Shown one piece after another: positions 1 through 9,859 of a stretch of 64,000 bases of DNA (its first letter is position 1; each line of letters starts with the position of its first letter). Source of the stretch: an uncultured Actinomycetes bacterium (GTDB lineage: Bacteria > Actinomycetota > UBA4738 > HRBIN12); the NCBI GenBank assembly GCA_963816425.1, contig CAWFKP010000006.1, positions 875,678 through 939,677 on the forward strand, in the 5' to 3' direction. Position numbers and translations under genes: made by a program. The notes under the pieces were generated by a model, which saw nothing but the letters and a program-made list of their open reading frames with translations, searched no databases and was not told the origin of the DNA.

Positions 1-7
1 ACCTGAG

Positions 8-1213
8 CTAGCCGGGCGGCGGTGCCGGCTCCGCGAGATGGAAGCCCTGCCCGTATCGAACCCCGAGATCCGTGAGCGTGCGCAACTCGGCCTCGGTTTC
101 GATCCCCTCGGCGATGATCGTCATGTCCATCTCGTCGGCGAAGGAGATCAACGCGGACGCGAGGGCGCGGCGTGCGCGGTCGGTGTCGATCGCACGCGTC
201 AAGGAGATGTCGACCTTCACGATGTCGGGATTCAGGGCCAGCGTGTGTCGAAGGCTCGCGTAGCCGGCGCCGGCGTCGTCGATCGCGATCCGCACCCCCA
301 GCGCCCGGAGGGGCTGCAGCGCGATCGCCAGATCCTCGTAGTCGTCGACCGGCTCGTGCTCCGTGATCTCGACGACGAGCCTCGCGGCGTGCGGGGCCAG
401 CATCGCGACGAGATCGGGATTCCGGACGGTGCGATGGGAGCAGTTGAGCGACAGGTAGGTGTCGATCGGGATCTGCGGCAGCACCGCGAGAGCGCGCTCG
501 ATCGTGGCCAGCTCGAGGTGCGTGCCGAGCTCGAGGGCGGCCGCCTCGGCGAACCACGCGTCCGGCGGTCGCGGCGGCAGCGAGCGGAACCGCGCGAGGG
601 CCTCGTAGCCGACGGGCTGGCGGGTGCGCAGGTCCATGATCGGCTGCACGTGGATCGCCAGGCCTTCGCCGGTCGCGAAACGATGGATCTCCGCGGCGCG
701 CGCCTGCGAGCGTTGCAGCTCGATCTCTTCGCGTCGCAGCTGCGACGACAACTCGTGGACGATCCCGTCGACGACGTCGGCCGAGATGCTCGCGCGGCCG
801 GTCGCGACCCGGTGGATCGACCCGACGATGTCCTCGCCGGCCGCCCCTTTGACGAGGTAGCCGACGGCGCCGGCCCGCAACATCTCCATCACGGTCGCGC
901 GGTCCTCGAACGCCGACAGCGCGATGACCCGCGTATGCGGCGACGTGCGCCCGATCTCGCGCGCCGCGCGCGGTCCACCGCCGGCCGGCATGCTGACGTC
1001 GATCAGCGCGACGTCCGGCTGCTCGCGGGCGGCGATCGCCGCGGCCTCCTCGGCGTCGGCGGCGGTCCCGACCAGCGCGAGGCTCGGCTCCTGGGCGAGC
1101 AGTTCGGATAGGGCGTCGCGGAGGGCAGGCTCGTCGTCGGCCACCAACACGCGAACGAACACGGCGGTCTCCGCCCGGGGAAGGGGGGCGCTCACGACCC
1201 TGGACGCTAGCAT
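8..1213 (-). CDS. Response regulator with C-terminal EAL domain (putative c-di-GMP phosphodiesterase)
   Basis: 401-aa ORF. N-terminal receiver domain (VLVADDEP, DVALIDVSMP). EAL domain motifs YEALARF, VEITE, AIDDAGAGYASL, KVD, AEGIE, QGF. GTG at 1162, preceded by GGAG, is an alternative start. Confidence 0.9.
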   Translation of the reverse strand: MLASRVVSAPLPRAETAVFVRVLVADDEPALRDALSELLAQEPSLALVGTAADAEEAAAIAAREQPDVALIDVSMPAGGGPRAAREIGRTSPHTRVIALSAFEDRATVMEMLRAGAVGYLVKGAAGEDIVGSIHRVATGRASISADVVDGIVHELSSQLRREEIELQRSQARAAEIHRFATGEGLAIHVQPIMDLRTRQPVGYEALARFRSLPPRPPDAWFAEAAALELGTHLELATIERALAVLPQIPIDTYLSLNCSHRTVRNPDLVAMLAPHAARLVVEITEHEPVDDYEDLAIALQPLRALGVRIAIDDAGAGYASLRHTLALNPDIVKVDISLTRAIDTDRARRALASALISFADEMDMTIIAEGIETEAELRTLTDLGVRYGQGFHLAEPAPPPG

Positions 1214-1256
1214 CCGGCCAGGGCCGGGGACAGCACCTCGGCCGGAGGGGATCCCG

Positions 1257-1952
1257 ATGCGACAGATCGTGGCGATGGGTGGCGGCGGATTCCTGATGGG
1301 CGACCCCGTGCTCGATCGGTTCCTGCTGAGCTTGACCGATGCGCGCCGGCCACGGATCTGCTTCCTGCCGACCGCGTCCGGGGACCATCCGGGCGGCGAC
1401 GCCGCCTTCCACGAGGCGTTCCCGGACGCGCGCTTCGAAGCGTCGATCCTTCGACTGTTCGATCGCGACGTCGCCGACGTCGGCGCGTTCCTCGGCGATC
1501 AGGACGTGGTCTACGTCGGCGGCGGCAACACGGTGAGCATGTTGGCGGTTTGGCGTGCGCACGGTGTCGACGTGGCGTTGCGGGCGGCGGGGGAGGCGGG
1601 CGTCATCCTCGCCGGGGTGAGCGCGGGTGCGAACTGCTGGTTCGAGGCCTGCACGACCGACTCCTTCCAGCTCGGCCGGGCCGATCCGCTCCTCGACGGC
1701 CTCGGGCTGGTCGCGGGCTCGTTCACCCCGCACTACGACGGCGAGGCGGCGCGCCGCCCGGCCGTGCACACCCTGATCGGCGGCGGCGCCCTACCCGACG
1801 GTCACGCCTGCGACGATTTCGCCGCGCTGCACATCGTGGACGGCGCGGTGTCCCAGGCCGTCGCCTCCCGCCCGTCGGCGCGCGCGTTCCGGGTGGAGCG
1901 AGCGCCCGACGGCGTCGCCGAGGTGCCGTTGGTCGTGCGGCGCCTTCCGTGA
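1257..1952 (+). CDS. Peptidase S51 family (peptidase E-like) protein
   Basis: In-frame ATG at 1257 with GGAGGGG upstream, inside the longer 924..1952 ORF. Begins MRQIVAMGGGGF and has the nucleophile elbow GVSAGANCW typical of S51 dipeptidases. Confidence 0.75.
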   Translation: MRQIVAMGGGGFLMGDPVLDRFLLSLTDARRPRICFLPTASGDHPGGDAAFHEAFPDARFEASILRLFDRDVADVGAFLGDQDVVYVGGGNTVSMLAVWRAHGVDVALRAAGEAGVILAGVSAGANCWFEACTTDSFQLGRADPLLDGLGLVAGSFTPHYDGEAARRPAVHTLIGGGALPDGHACDDFAALHIVDGAVSQAVASRPSARAFRVERAPDGVAEVPLVVRRLP

Positions 1953-1995
1953 GCGCCGACACCCCATCGCGTGCGAACCGGTAGCCTTCGCCACG

Positions 1996-3540
1996 ATGAA
2001 CGAGCCGGTCCAGCTGGGGGAGCCGATCGATCTCGACGATGTCGAGCGGGTCGCGCTCGGCGCGCCGGTGGCGCTCGGCGACGGCGCGCGCGACCGCATC
2101 CGGGCTGCGCGCGGCGTGATCGAGCGCGCCGTCGCCGCCGGCACGACGATGTACGGCGTGACGACGGGGTTCGGTGCTCTGGCGGACACGAGGATCGACC
2201 CCGCGGAGGCCTCGGCGTTGCAACACGGCATCGTGACGTCGCACGCGACGGCCGTGGGTCCGGACCTCGCGCGGGCGGAGGCGCGGGCGATGCTGTTGCT
2301 GCGCGCGCACGTGCTCGCGCTGGGGTACTCGGGCGTGCGCGTCGAGCTGGTCGAGCGGATGGTCGAGATGCTGAACCGCGACGTGATCCCGGCGGTCCCC
2401 GAACAGGGTTCGCTCGGGGCCTCGGGCGATCTCGCGCCGCTCGCCTGTCTCGCGCTGCCGTTGATCGGCCGCGGCCGGATCCTGACCGAGTCCGGTACCG
2501 AGCCGGCCGAGCGAGCCCTCGCACGGGCCGGGTTCGCGCCGCTCGAGCTCCAGGCCAAGGAGGGGCTCGCGCTGGTGAACGGCACGCAGGGCATGCTCGC
2601 GATCGGGATCCTGGCGCTGGCGCGCGCCGAGCGACTGCTCCGCGCTGCGGATGTGGTGGCCGCGATGACGATCGAGGCGTCGCTCGGCACCGATGCGCCG
2701 TTCGACGAACGCCTGCACGCCTTGCGGCCGCATCCGGGGCAGGCCGCCTCGGCCGCCAACCTCCGGCGGCTGCTCCACGGCTCGCCGATCCGCGAGTCCC
2801 ACCGCGACTCGCCGCACCTCGTCCAGGACGCGTATTCGCTCCGCTGCACGCCGCAGGTGCACGGCGCGTCGCGCGACACGATCCAGCACGTCGCATCCGT
2901 TCTGAGGATCGAGACCAACGCCGTCTCGGACAACCCCGTCGTGTTGGTGGGCACCGACGGCGCGGAGGACGAGGTCCGCACAGGAGGGAACTTCCACGGG
3001 ATGCCCGTCGCGGTCGCGCTGGATGCGTTGGCGTTGTCGCTCGTGTCGGTGGCCTCGATCAGCGATCGACGGCTCTACCGGCTCCTCGATGCCAAGCAGT
3101 CCAACGGATTGCCGCCGTTCCTCGTGCCAGAAAGCGGGCTGAACAGCGGCTTCATGCTGGTCCAGTACACGGCCGCCTCGCTGGTGTCCGAATCGAAGTC
3201 GCTGGCACACCCGGCATCGGTCGACTCGATCCCGTCCAGCGCGGGACAGGAGGATCACGTCAGCATGGGCATGACCGCCGCGCGGCACGCGCGGGCCGTC
3301 GTCACGAACGCGGAGATCGTCGTGGCGCTCGAGGCGCTCGGTGCCGCACAGGCACTCGACCTGCGCGCGCCGTTGGAAGCCGGACCGGCCGCGCGTGCGG
3401 TGCACGATGCGATCCGCGCCCGCGTGCCGTTCGTCGAGCACGACCGGGAGTTCGGCCCCGACATCGAGGCGGCCGTCGAGTTGCTGCGGACCGACGCCTT
3501 GGCCGAGGCAGCCGCGAGCGCCGTCGGCCCGCTCGCGTGA
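1996..3540 (+). CDS. hutH: Histidine ammonia-lyase
   Basis: 514 aa. MIO-forming ASG triad in GSLGASGDLAPLA. YGVTTGFG motif. Ser-His selectivity pair (VTSHATAVG) typical of HAL rather than PAL/TAL. Confidence 0.92.
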   Translation: MNEPVQLGEPIDLDDVERVALGAPVALGDGARDRIRAARGVIERAVAAGTTMYGVTTGFGALADTRIDPAEASALQHGIVTSHATAVGPDLARAEARAMLLLRAHVLALGYSGVRVELVERMVEMLNRDVIPAVPEQGSLGASGDLAPLACLALPLIGRGRILTESGTEPAERALARAGFAPLELQAKEGLALVNGTQGMLAIGILALARAERLLRAADVVAAMTIEASLGTDAPFDERLHALRPHPGQAASAANLRRLLHGSPIRESHRDSPHLVQDAYSLRCTPQVHGASRDTIQHVASVLRIETNAVSDNPVVLVGTDGAEDEVRTGGNFHGMPVAVALDALALSLVSVASISDRRLYRLLDAKQSNGLPPFLVPESGLNSGFMLVQYTAASLVSESKSLAHPASVDSIPSSAGQEDHVSMGMTAARHARAVVTNAEIVVALEALGAAQALDLRAPLEAGPAARAVHDAIRARVPFVEHDREFGPDIEAAVELLRTDALAEAAASAVGPLA

Positions 3541-3997
3541 CGATCGAGCGTTCGATCGACCTGCCGTGCCCGCCCACCGAGGCGTGGGCGGTGCTCACCC
3601 GGTGGGAGCGGCAGGTCGACTGGATGCAGGACGCCGACGAGATCGTCGTGCGGTCCGAGCAACGCTGTGGTGTCGGGGTGCGTCTCGACGTGCGGACCCG
3701 CTTGTTCCAGATCCCGGCGTTCACCGAGCCGATGGAGGTGACGGCCTGGGACCCGCCCCGGGCGCTCGCGATCGACCACGGCGGTCTCGTCCGCGGTCAC
3801 GGCACGTGGATCCTCGCGCCCGTGCCTGGTGGCACGCGGTTCACCTGGAGCGAGGACGTGGCGTTGCGCGTGCCCGTGCTCGGCGGGTGGCGGCGGCGAT
3901 CTATGCGCCGGTGTTGCGTCGGCTGATGGGACGGGCGCAGGCGCGGCTGCGGCTGCTGATCATCGCCGGTGGACCGGGAGTCGTCACCGACCTCTAG
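3537..3997 (+). pseudogene. SRPBCC (polyketide cyclase/START-like) protein, apparently frameshifted near 3885-3895
   Basis: GTG at 3537 overlaps the hutH stop (GTGA). Frame 1 reads an SRPBCC fold up to ...LRVPVLGG and then ends in Arg/Cys-rich junk at 3926. The expected C-terminal helix (AAAIYAPVLRRLMGRAQARLRLL) continues in another frame to 3997. The span is 461 nt, not a multiple of 3. Compare the intact paralog at 9856..10308 (GPLGSFAAASVRAIGG...). Confidence 0.6.
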
Positions 3998-4320
3998 CCG
4001 GGAGGCGGCGCCAGCACCAGCAGGACGACCGAGGGGTCGGCAGAAGCGTTGCGGATCGTGAGGTCCTCGCCGGCAGGGACCACGATCGAGGCCCACTGAC
4101 CCATCCGAGCGCGGGCCTTGCCCACCTGGGCGGCCACCTCACCGGCGAGCACGATCACGAGGCCATCGGCGACCGGATCGGTCATGGGGCCGACGCCCTG
4201 GGCCTCCTGCAGACAGATGATCTGTGAGAAGAGCTGCTCGGTCTCGTGCAGGAGCTCGGTCCGAGCCCCGTCGTCGTCGAAGTAGACGAGGTCGGTGACG
4301 TTGCGAGGCTTCATCGTCAC
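3994..4320 (-). CDS. Cupin domain protein
   Basis: 108 aa, small beta-barrel-like sequence (LVIVLAGEV...IVVPAGEDLTIRN). Its stop shares CTAG (3994-3997) with the convergent upstream gene. Confidence 0.6.
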   Translation of the reverse strand: MTMKPRNVTDLVYFDDDGARTELLHETEQLFSQIICLQEAQGVGPMTDPVADGLVIVLAGEVAAQVGKARARMGQWASIVVPAGEDLTIRNASADPSVVLLVLAPPPG

Positions 4321-4399
4321 CAGGGTAGCGGGCGACGCCTCGCACTAGACTGGCGCGTCGACGCCGTCGGCACCCACACAACGAGGAGGGCCCGCTTCC

Positions 4400-5884
4400 G
4401 TGACCACGTTCAAGACCTCGACCGAGTCCGCACGCGAGATCGTCGCCGACCTCCTGATCGTCCCGGTGTTCGTGGACGCGGAGTCCGCGCCCGGGCTCCG
4501 GGAGACGGGCCTGACGGACACGTACAAGGCGGCGCGGCTGACCGGCAAGAAGGGGGAGACCCTGCTGGTGACGAAACGTCGCGGCGACCGCTTCGCGGCG
4601 GACGCCGTCCTGCTCGTCGGCGTCGGGGCCAAAGAGGACTTCGATCTCACCACGATGCGGCGCGCCCTCGCGAAGGCCGTCGCGGGCGCCCGGCGGTTCC
4701 CCAAGGTGGCAACCACGTTCGCGCAGGCGTTCTCGGCCCGGCAGGCTCCCGAGGCCGTGCAGGCAGCCGTCGAGGCGATCGGTCTGGGCGCCTATCGGTT
4801 CGACCGGTACAAGAAGCGGAGCGACGAGCCGAACCTCACCAGGGCGACGGTCCTGGTCCAGGGCCGGTGGGACGCCAAGGCGGTGTCGAAGGCCGCCAAG
4901 GCGGGTCAGATCGTCGCCGAGGCGGTCTGCTGGGCACGTGACCTCGTGAACACTCCGGCGGGCGATCTCCCGCCGGCCGCGATCGCCAAGCAGGCGCAGT
5001 CGATGGCGAAGGCGGTCGGCCTGACGTGCAAGGTCTGGACCGAGCCGCAGCTGAAGCAGGGCGGCTTCGGCGGGATCATCGGCGTGGGCCAAGGGTCGGT
5101 GAACCCTCCGCGGATGATCGAGCTGCGCTACACGGGGGCCGGAAAGGCCACCCCGATCGCACTGTCCGGGAAGGGGATCGCCTTCGACTCCGGCGGCCTG
5201 TCGATCAAGGACGCCGGGGGGATGGAGACGATGAAATGCGACATGGGCGGCGCGGCCTCGATCCTGGCCACGATGCAGGTGATCGCCCGCCTGAAGCCGA
5301 AGGTCAATGTGATCGCCGCGATCCCGTGCTCCGAGAACATGCCCAGCGGCACCGCACAGAAGCCCGGCGACGTGATCACCCACCGGGGGGGCACGACGAG
5401 CGAGGTGCTCAACACGGACGCGGAGGGGCGGCTGATCCTGGCCGACGCCCTCGCGTACCTGACCGAGCAGCACCCCGCGTGCATCGTCGACACGGCGACC
5501 CTGACCGGGGCCTGCATGGTCGCGCTCGGGACCGACATCACCGGGGCGTTCGGCAACGACGACGTGCTCGCGCAAGATCTGGTTGCGGCCGGCTCAGCGG
5601 TGGGCGAGCCCATCTGGCAGATGCCCCTGTGGGGTGACTATCGCCCGCTGATCGACTCGAAGGTGGCCGACATCAAGAACGTCGGCAAGCGATACGGCGG
5701 CGCGATCACCGCGGCCTGGTTCCTGGCCGAGTTCGTCGGCGATACGCCGTGGGTCCACCTCGACATCGCCGGTCCGGCCTTCGTCGAGGCGGCGACGGAT
5801 CTCGGTCCGGCGGGCGCCACCGGCGTGCCGGTGCGGGCGCTCGTGCGGTTCGTCCTCGATCGCGCGGAGGCGTCGCGGCGGTGA
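4400..5884 (+). CDS. pepA: Leucyl aminopeptidase (M17)
   Basis: 494 aa. M17 signature NTDAEGRLILADAL, plus GKGIAFDSGG and MKCDMGGAA metal-binding regions. GAGGAGGG RBS upstream of the GTG start. Confidence 0.93.
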   Translation: MTTFKTSTESAREIVADLLIVPVFVDAESAPGLRETGLTDTYKAARLTGKKGETLLVTKRRGDRFAADAVLLVGVGAKEDFDLTTMRRALAKAVAGARRFPKVATTFAQAFSARQAPEAVQAAVEAIGLGAYRFDRYKKRSDEPNLTRATVLVQGRWDAKAVSKAAKAGQIVAEAVCWARDLVNTPAGDLPPAAIAKQAQSMAKAVGLTCKVWTEPQLKQGGFGGIIGVGQGSVNPPRMIELRYTGAGKATPIALSGKGIAFDSGGLSIKDAGGMETMKCDMGGAASILATMQVIARLKPKVNVIAAIPCSENMPSGTAQKPGDVITHRGGTTSEVLNTDAEGRLILADALAYLTEQHPACIVDTATLTGACMVALGTDITGAFGNDDVLAQDLVAAGSAVGEPIWQMPLWGDYRPLIDSKVADIKNVGKRYGGAITAAWFLAEFVGDTPWVHLDIAGPAFVEAATDLGPAGATGVPVRALVRFVLDRAEASRR

Positions 5885-6622
5885 CCGAGGAGCGGCCGAT
5901 CGCGCCGACGGGCCCCGTCCTTGCCGTGTTCGCGCACCCGGACGACGCGGAGATCTGTGCCGGAGGAGTGCTTGCGAGCTGGGCGGCCGCGGGCCGCGAG
6001 GTGCATCTGCTCGTGCTGACGAACGGCGACCGGGGCTCCGGCGACCCGGCGGTGTCGCGGGCAGAGCTCGCGGCGACGCGATCGGCTGAAACCGAGGCGG
6101 CGGCCACCATCATGGGCCTCGCCAGCGTTCGGATCCTGTCGACCCACGACGGCGAGCTGGAGAACACGGCCGCCGTCCGGGAGGCGGTCGTGCGTCGGGT
6201 GCGCGAGGTAGCAGGCGGAGTCGATGCTCTCCTGCGACCCGACCGCGGTCTTCTTCGAGGGTCCGAACGGCGGCTCCACCACGTACTACAACCACGCCGA
6301 CCATCGGAACGCCGGGTGGATCGCGTTGGATTCCGTGTTTCCCGGCAGCGGGAATCCACACTTCTTCAGCGAGCACCTCGGCGAGGGCCTCGCGGCGCAG
6401 GATGTCCACGACGTGTGGCTCGGGTGGTCGAACGACCCCAACCGCACGGTCGATGTGTCCGCCTCCTTCCGGACGAAGATCGATGCGCTGGCGGCGCACG
6501 CGAGTCAGCTCGCCGAGGGGATCCGCTTCTTCGACGACTTCCTGAGCTCGGACGCACGCGCCGCCGGCGAGAAGATCGGCGTGGAGTTCGCCGAGGAGTT
6601 TCGCGTGCTCGATCTCAGCTGA
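5881..6622 (+). pseudogene. PIG-L/LmbE family deacetylase, frameshifted at about 6212-6235
   Basis: The N-terminal half ([17 protein letters not shown]..., TNGDRGS) lies in the frame starting at GTG 5881 (GTGA overlap with pepA). The C-terminal half (LSCDPTAVFF..., HADHRNAG, TKIDALAAHASQ) lies in ORF 6224..6622, a different frame. The frame-2 stop at 6209 bounds the shift. The span is 742 nt (3n+1). An intact paralog lies at 42252..42965. Confidence 0.85.
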
Positions 6623-6625
6623 GCG

Positions 6626-7417
6626 CTACTCCTTGGTGCCGATCGCGAGCATCACGTCGCGCGTGTCGTGCAGCGGGTCGGGAAAGAGATCCGCGAAGGT
6701 CTCGCGGGCTCGCTCGAGGAAGGCGGCCCAGCTCTCCTCGCCGAGCATCTCGCGTACGAACCGACCGGTCGCCCACACCGTGAGTCCGTCGATGAACTCG
6801 TCGCGCCCGTAGCGCCACTCGTATTCGACGGGCTCGGTCCGCACGTGCCGGAGCCCGGCGTCGAGCAGTGTTTCCTCGATCGCGTCGCGACGGGTGAAGC
6901 GGTCGTGGTTCGGGATCGCCTTGGCGAGCGTCGGCTCCAGCAGGTCGTTGGGCACGACGGTCGAGACCAGCTCGCGCCACGTGTCGGTGTAGGCGTCGCG
7001 TCCGTCGGTCCAGGTCGTGAAGGCGACCACGCCGCCCGGTCGGGTGACGCGCAGCAGCTCGAACAACGCCGTCTGCACGTTCGCGAAGTGCGCCAAGACG
7101 AACGTGCCGAGCACGCGGTCGAACGTGCCGTCGGCGAACGGCAGGTCGATCGCCTGGGCGGCGAGGAACGGGATGTCAGCATGCGCGGAACGGGCGACCG
7201 CCAGCATGCCGATCGACGTGTCCACGCCGACGGCTCGAGCGCCCAGTCCCGCGGCGACGGCCGCCGCCACACCGGTGCCTGTGCCGACGTCGAGCACGCG
7301 GGCGCCGTCCGTGACCCCGGCGAGCGCCGCGAGGTCGCGGGCCGGCTCGGCGAAGCGCGGTGCATGCACCCGGTCGTAGATCGCTGCGGTCCGGTCGTAC
7401 GAGCGCCAGTCGTTCAT
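6626..7417 (-). CDS. Class I SAM-dependent methyltransferase
   Basis: Starts at MNDWRSYD inside the longer ORF. SAM-binding motif VLDVGTGTGV. Also has DLPFADGTFD and RPGGVV motifs. Confidence 0.85.
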   Translation of the reverse strand: MNDWRSYDRTAAIYDRVHAPRFAEPARDLAALAGVTDGARVLDVGTGTGVAAAVAAGLGARAVGVDTSIGMLAVARSAHADIPFLAAQAIDLPFADGTFDRVLGTFVLAHFANVQTALFELLRVTRPGGVVAFTTWTDGRDAYTDTWRELVSTVVPNDLLEPTLAKAIPNHDRFTRRDAIEETLLDAGLRHVRTEPVEYEWRYGRDEFIDGLTVWATGRFVREMLGEESWAAFLERARETFADLFPDPLHDTRDVMLAIGTKE

Positions 7418-7491
7418 GCCCAAAGGGTACCGGCGGCGGCGGGCATCGCTCCGCCCGCTACCCTGAGGGACCGTATGTCGAGAGGGAGGGC

Positions 7492-8274
7492 ATGAGCGGC
7501 TTCGCTGGCGTGATGGCGCTCGTGCTCGCCGAGACGATCGCAGGCGCCTCGGTCTTGACGTGGGCGTCGCCGCTCTGGAGCGAAACAAAGCGGTCCTTCT
7601 TCACGATCTGGATCGTGCTGATCGTCGCGCTGTTCGCCTGGCCCGGATGGTGGGCCGCGACCTCCGCCGCGATCCCTGGTGACGTCGCCGCCTCGACCTC
7701 GGTGACGCTCGCCCTTGCGACCGCGGTGGCCCTCACCATCGCGATGATCCTGTTGTTGGCCCGGCAGCAAACGGCCGGCCGAGTGGTCGCCGTCGGCGCC
7801 ACGTTCGTGTCGGTCGCGACCCTTGCCACGATGGCCGGCACGGGTCGACAGTCCTTTGCGGTCTCGTGCTTCCAACTCCTGGCGGGCGCCGCGTTCCTCG
7901 GGGCCGCCTACGAGGCGCTGTTCCTCGGTCACTGGTATCTGACCGACCGCAAGCTGACACGGACGCCGATCAACCGGCTCACGAACGTGCTGATCGTGAC
8001 GACGTGCGTGGAGGGTGTCGCGATCCTCACCGGTGGGTTCGGAGGCACGCCGTCCTCTCGGGCGTTCAACCCGCTGCTGACGGCGGGCGCGCTCGCACCC
8101 TGGATCGCGATCGGCATGGTGGGCACGACCCTGCTGATCGCCGTGCTCGCGCGCGCGGCATTGAAGGGCGAGCGCGCCTCGGCGGTGCAGTCCGCGACCG
8201 GGTTCTTCTACCTGTCGCTCGTGACGGCGTTCACGGCGGAGATCGCCGTTAAGACCCGGTTCTTCCCGACCTGA
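7492..8274 (+). CDS. Integral membrane protein, unknown function
   Basis: ATG at 7492 preceded by AGAGGGAGGG. About 260 aa, about 8 hydrophobic helices, conserved-looking GHWYLTDRK segment. First gene of a tightly packed 4-gene operon. Confidence 0.6.
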   Translation: MSGFAGVMALVLAETIAGASVLTWASPLWSETKRSFFTIWIVLIVALFAWPGWWAATSAAIPGDVAASTSVTLALATAVALTIAMILLLARQQTAGRVVAVGATFVSVATLATMAGTGRQSFAVSCFQLLAGAAFLGAAYEALFLGHWYLTDRKLTRTPINRLTNVLIVTTCVEGVAILTGGFGGTPSSRAFNPLLTAGALAPWIAIGMVGTTLLIAVLARAALKGERASAVQSATGFFYLSLVTAFTAEIAVKTRFFPT

Positions 8275-8279
8275 AGGAG

Positions 8280-8927
8280 ATGCTGATGGTGTGGTTCGTG
8301 GTGCTCGGCCTCGCACTGACGATGCTCGCCTGGCGGCTCGTCACGGTCCGCGGCCGTGACGTGTGGGTCACGATCCCTCCGATGCTCGGGCTGTTGGGCC
8401 TCGCCTCGATCCTGCTGTGGTCGAAGGTGCCCGCGCCGGCACCCGGCGCGAGCAGCGTTCCGGGCACGCTCGCGGTGCTCGCCATCGGAGCCGCCACGGG
8501 CATCGCGCTGTACGTCGGGACCCTCGTCTTCGTCGGACTCGCGCAGCATATCCCGGCGTTCGCCCGGCAGGTGGCGCTAGCCTACCGGCGAGCGGGCGCG
8601 GCCGATCCGCGCCGAGAGTTGCTCCTGTCGCTGCTGCTTGCGGTTCCGGGGGAGGAGCTGTTCTGGCGCGGCATCGCCTACCGCGTGGGTGTGGACACGC
8701 TGACGACGGCAGGCGTCGCGGCTGTGGTGACCTGTCTGCTGTACATCGTCGCGAACGTCCCGAGCCGGTCGTTGCCCATCATCGCGGGCGCGCTCGTCGG
8801 CGGGGCGCTGTGGGGCGCGCTGGCCTGGTGGACGGGCGGCGTGCTCGCCCCGCTTGCCAGCCATATCCTGTGGACCGGACTGATGCTCGCGCGGCCTCCT
8901 CGCGTGCCGGTTGAGGAGGCCGCGTGA
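8280..8927 (+). CDS. CPBP family intramembrane glutamic endopeptidase (CAAX protease/Abi-like)
   Basis: 215 aa, polytopic. EExxxR motif (PGEELFWRG) and distal His motif (ASHILWTG). Confidence 0.75.
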   Translation: MLMVWFVVLGLALTMLAWRLVTVRGRDVWVTIPPMLGLLGLASILLWSKVPAPAPGASSVPGTLAVLAIGAATGIALYVGTLVFVGLAQHIPAFARQVALAYRRAGAADPRRELLLSLLLAVPGEELFWRGIAYRVGVDTLTTAGVAAVVTCLLYIVANVPSRSLPIIAGALVGGALWGALAWWTGGVLAPLASHILWTGLMLARPPRVPVEEAA

Positions 8928-9859
8928 GCTTCCTGTCGACGGCCGTGCAGGACGTGCTCGATCAGGGGCGGTTCTGCGCGGTTGCCGCGGTCACGCCGCG
9001 AGGACCGCACTGCACGCCCCTGGTGTTCGCGAACAGCGGAGCCCGGCTTTGGCTGACCACCTCTCGGCGCTCGGTCAAAGCCCGCGCGTGGCGGGCGGAC
9101 CCGTCGGTGGCGGGCCTCGTGCGATCCGAGGATCTCGCGGTGACGTTCACGGGCACGGTGCGCACCTACGACGCGCTCGACCGACGCACCTGGGCCGCCG
9201 CCGTGGCGGGGGCCACGTCGATCGCCCGCGCCACCGCGACCTTCAGCGCCAAGAACGCGCGGTTCTTCGCTGGCTACGCGCTCGATGCGAAGCAGGTGCC
9301 GCTAGCCTGGACCCCGCCGGGGCGTGTCTTCGTCGGCGTCGATCTGGAGCGAACCGCTCTCGCCGACGAGCACGGAGTACAGGAGGGACGCGGTCGCTGG
9401 GGCGGCGCCGCCGGCTCGCACCCGACCTTCCGACGCGCGAAAGGGATCGACGCACTCGCGGAGCTTCCTGCCGAGATCGCCGACGGCATCGGACGAGATG
9501 GCGACGGCGCGCTCGCCGTCGTCGGCGAGCGAGGCCTGGTGGTGCTCCCGGTGCGGTGGCGCGCCGAGAGCGGCGCGCTCTACGCGATGCTGCCCGCCGA
9601 GACGTTGGCGCTCTCCGGCGCGGCCGCCGACGCTCCCGTCGCCCTCATGGTCGATCGCGCGTCGGTGTGGCGTGCGCGGGACATGGTCGGCGCGATGTTC
9701 CAGGGCCAGGCCTCCTTCTTCGTGGAGGGGAAGGTCGGATCGGGATCGACCTCACTGCGTTCCGTCCTCGGAGCGCCGGGGGAGGCGCTCGTTCGCGTGC
9801 GGCCGCGTCGCGTCGTGTGGTGGAAGGGCTGGAGCTCGGGCAGCGCCGACGTGCGATGA
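8924..9859 (+). CDS. Pyridoxamine 5'-phosphate oxidase-like (split-barrel) protein, two tandem domains
   Basis: The GTG start overlaps the preceding stop (GTGA). N-terminal domain: RFCAVAAVTPRGPHCTPLVF...LWLTT. A second similar domain begins around GALAVVGERGLVVLPVRW. Confidence 0.6.
   Translation: MSFLSTAVQDVLDQGRFCAVAAVTPRGPHCTPLVFANSGARLWLTTSRRSVKARAWRADPSVAGLVRSEDLAVTFTGTVRTYDALDRRTWAAAVAGATSIARATATFSAKNARFFAGYALDAKQVPLAWTPPGRVFVGVDLERTALADEHGVQEGRGRWGGAAGSHPTFRRAKGIDALAELPAEIADGIGRDGDGALAVVGERGLVVLPVRWRAESGALYAMLPAETLALSGAAADAPVALMVDRASVWRARDMVGAMFQGQASFFVEGKVGSGSTSLRSVLGAPGEALVRVRPRRVVWWKGWSSGSADVR

Noticed and set aside
1723-3441. Long antisense or out-of-frame ORFs across known genes. 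Examples: 1723-3441 and 1791-2981 opposite hutH, 4139-5575 opposite pepA, 46424-49165 opposite ligD, 53529-55154 opposite glnD, 26914-28011 opposite the amidohydrolase.
   Set aside because: These are typical stop-codon-poor artefacts of a very GC-rich genome. Their translations are Arg/Pro/Gly-rich and low-complexity with no recognisable domains. The opposite frame carries clear conserved motifs.
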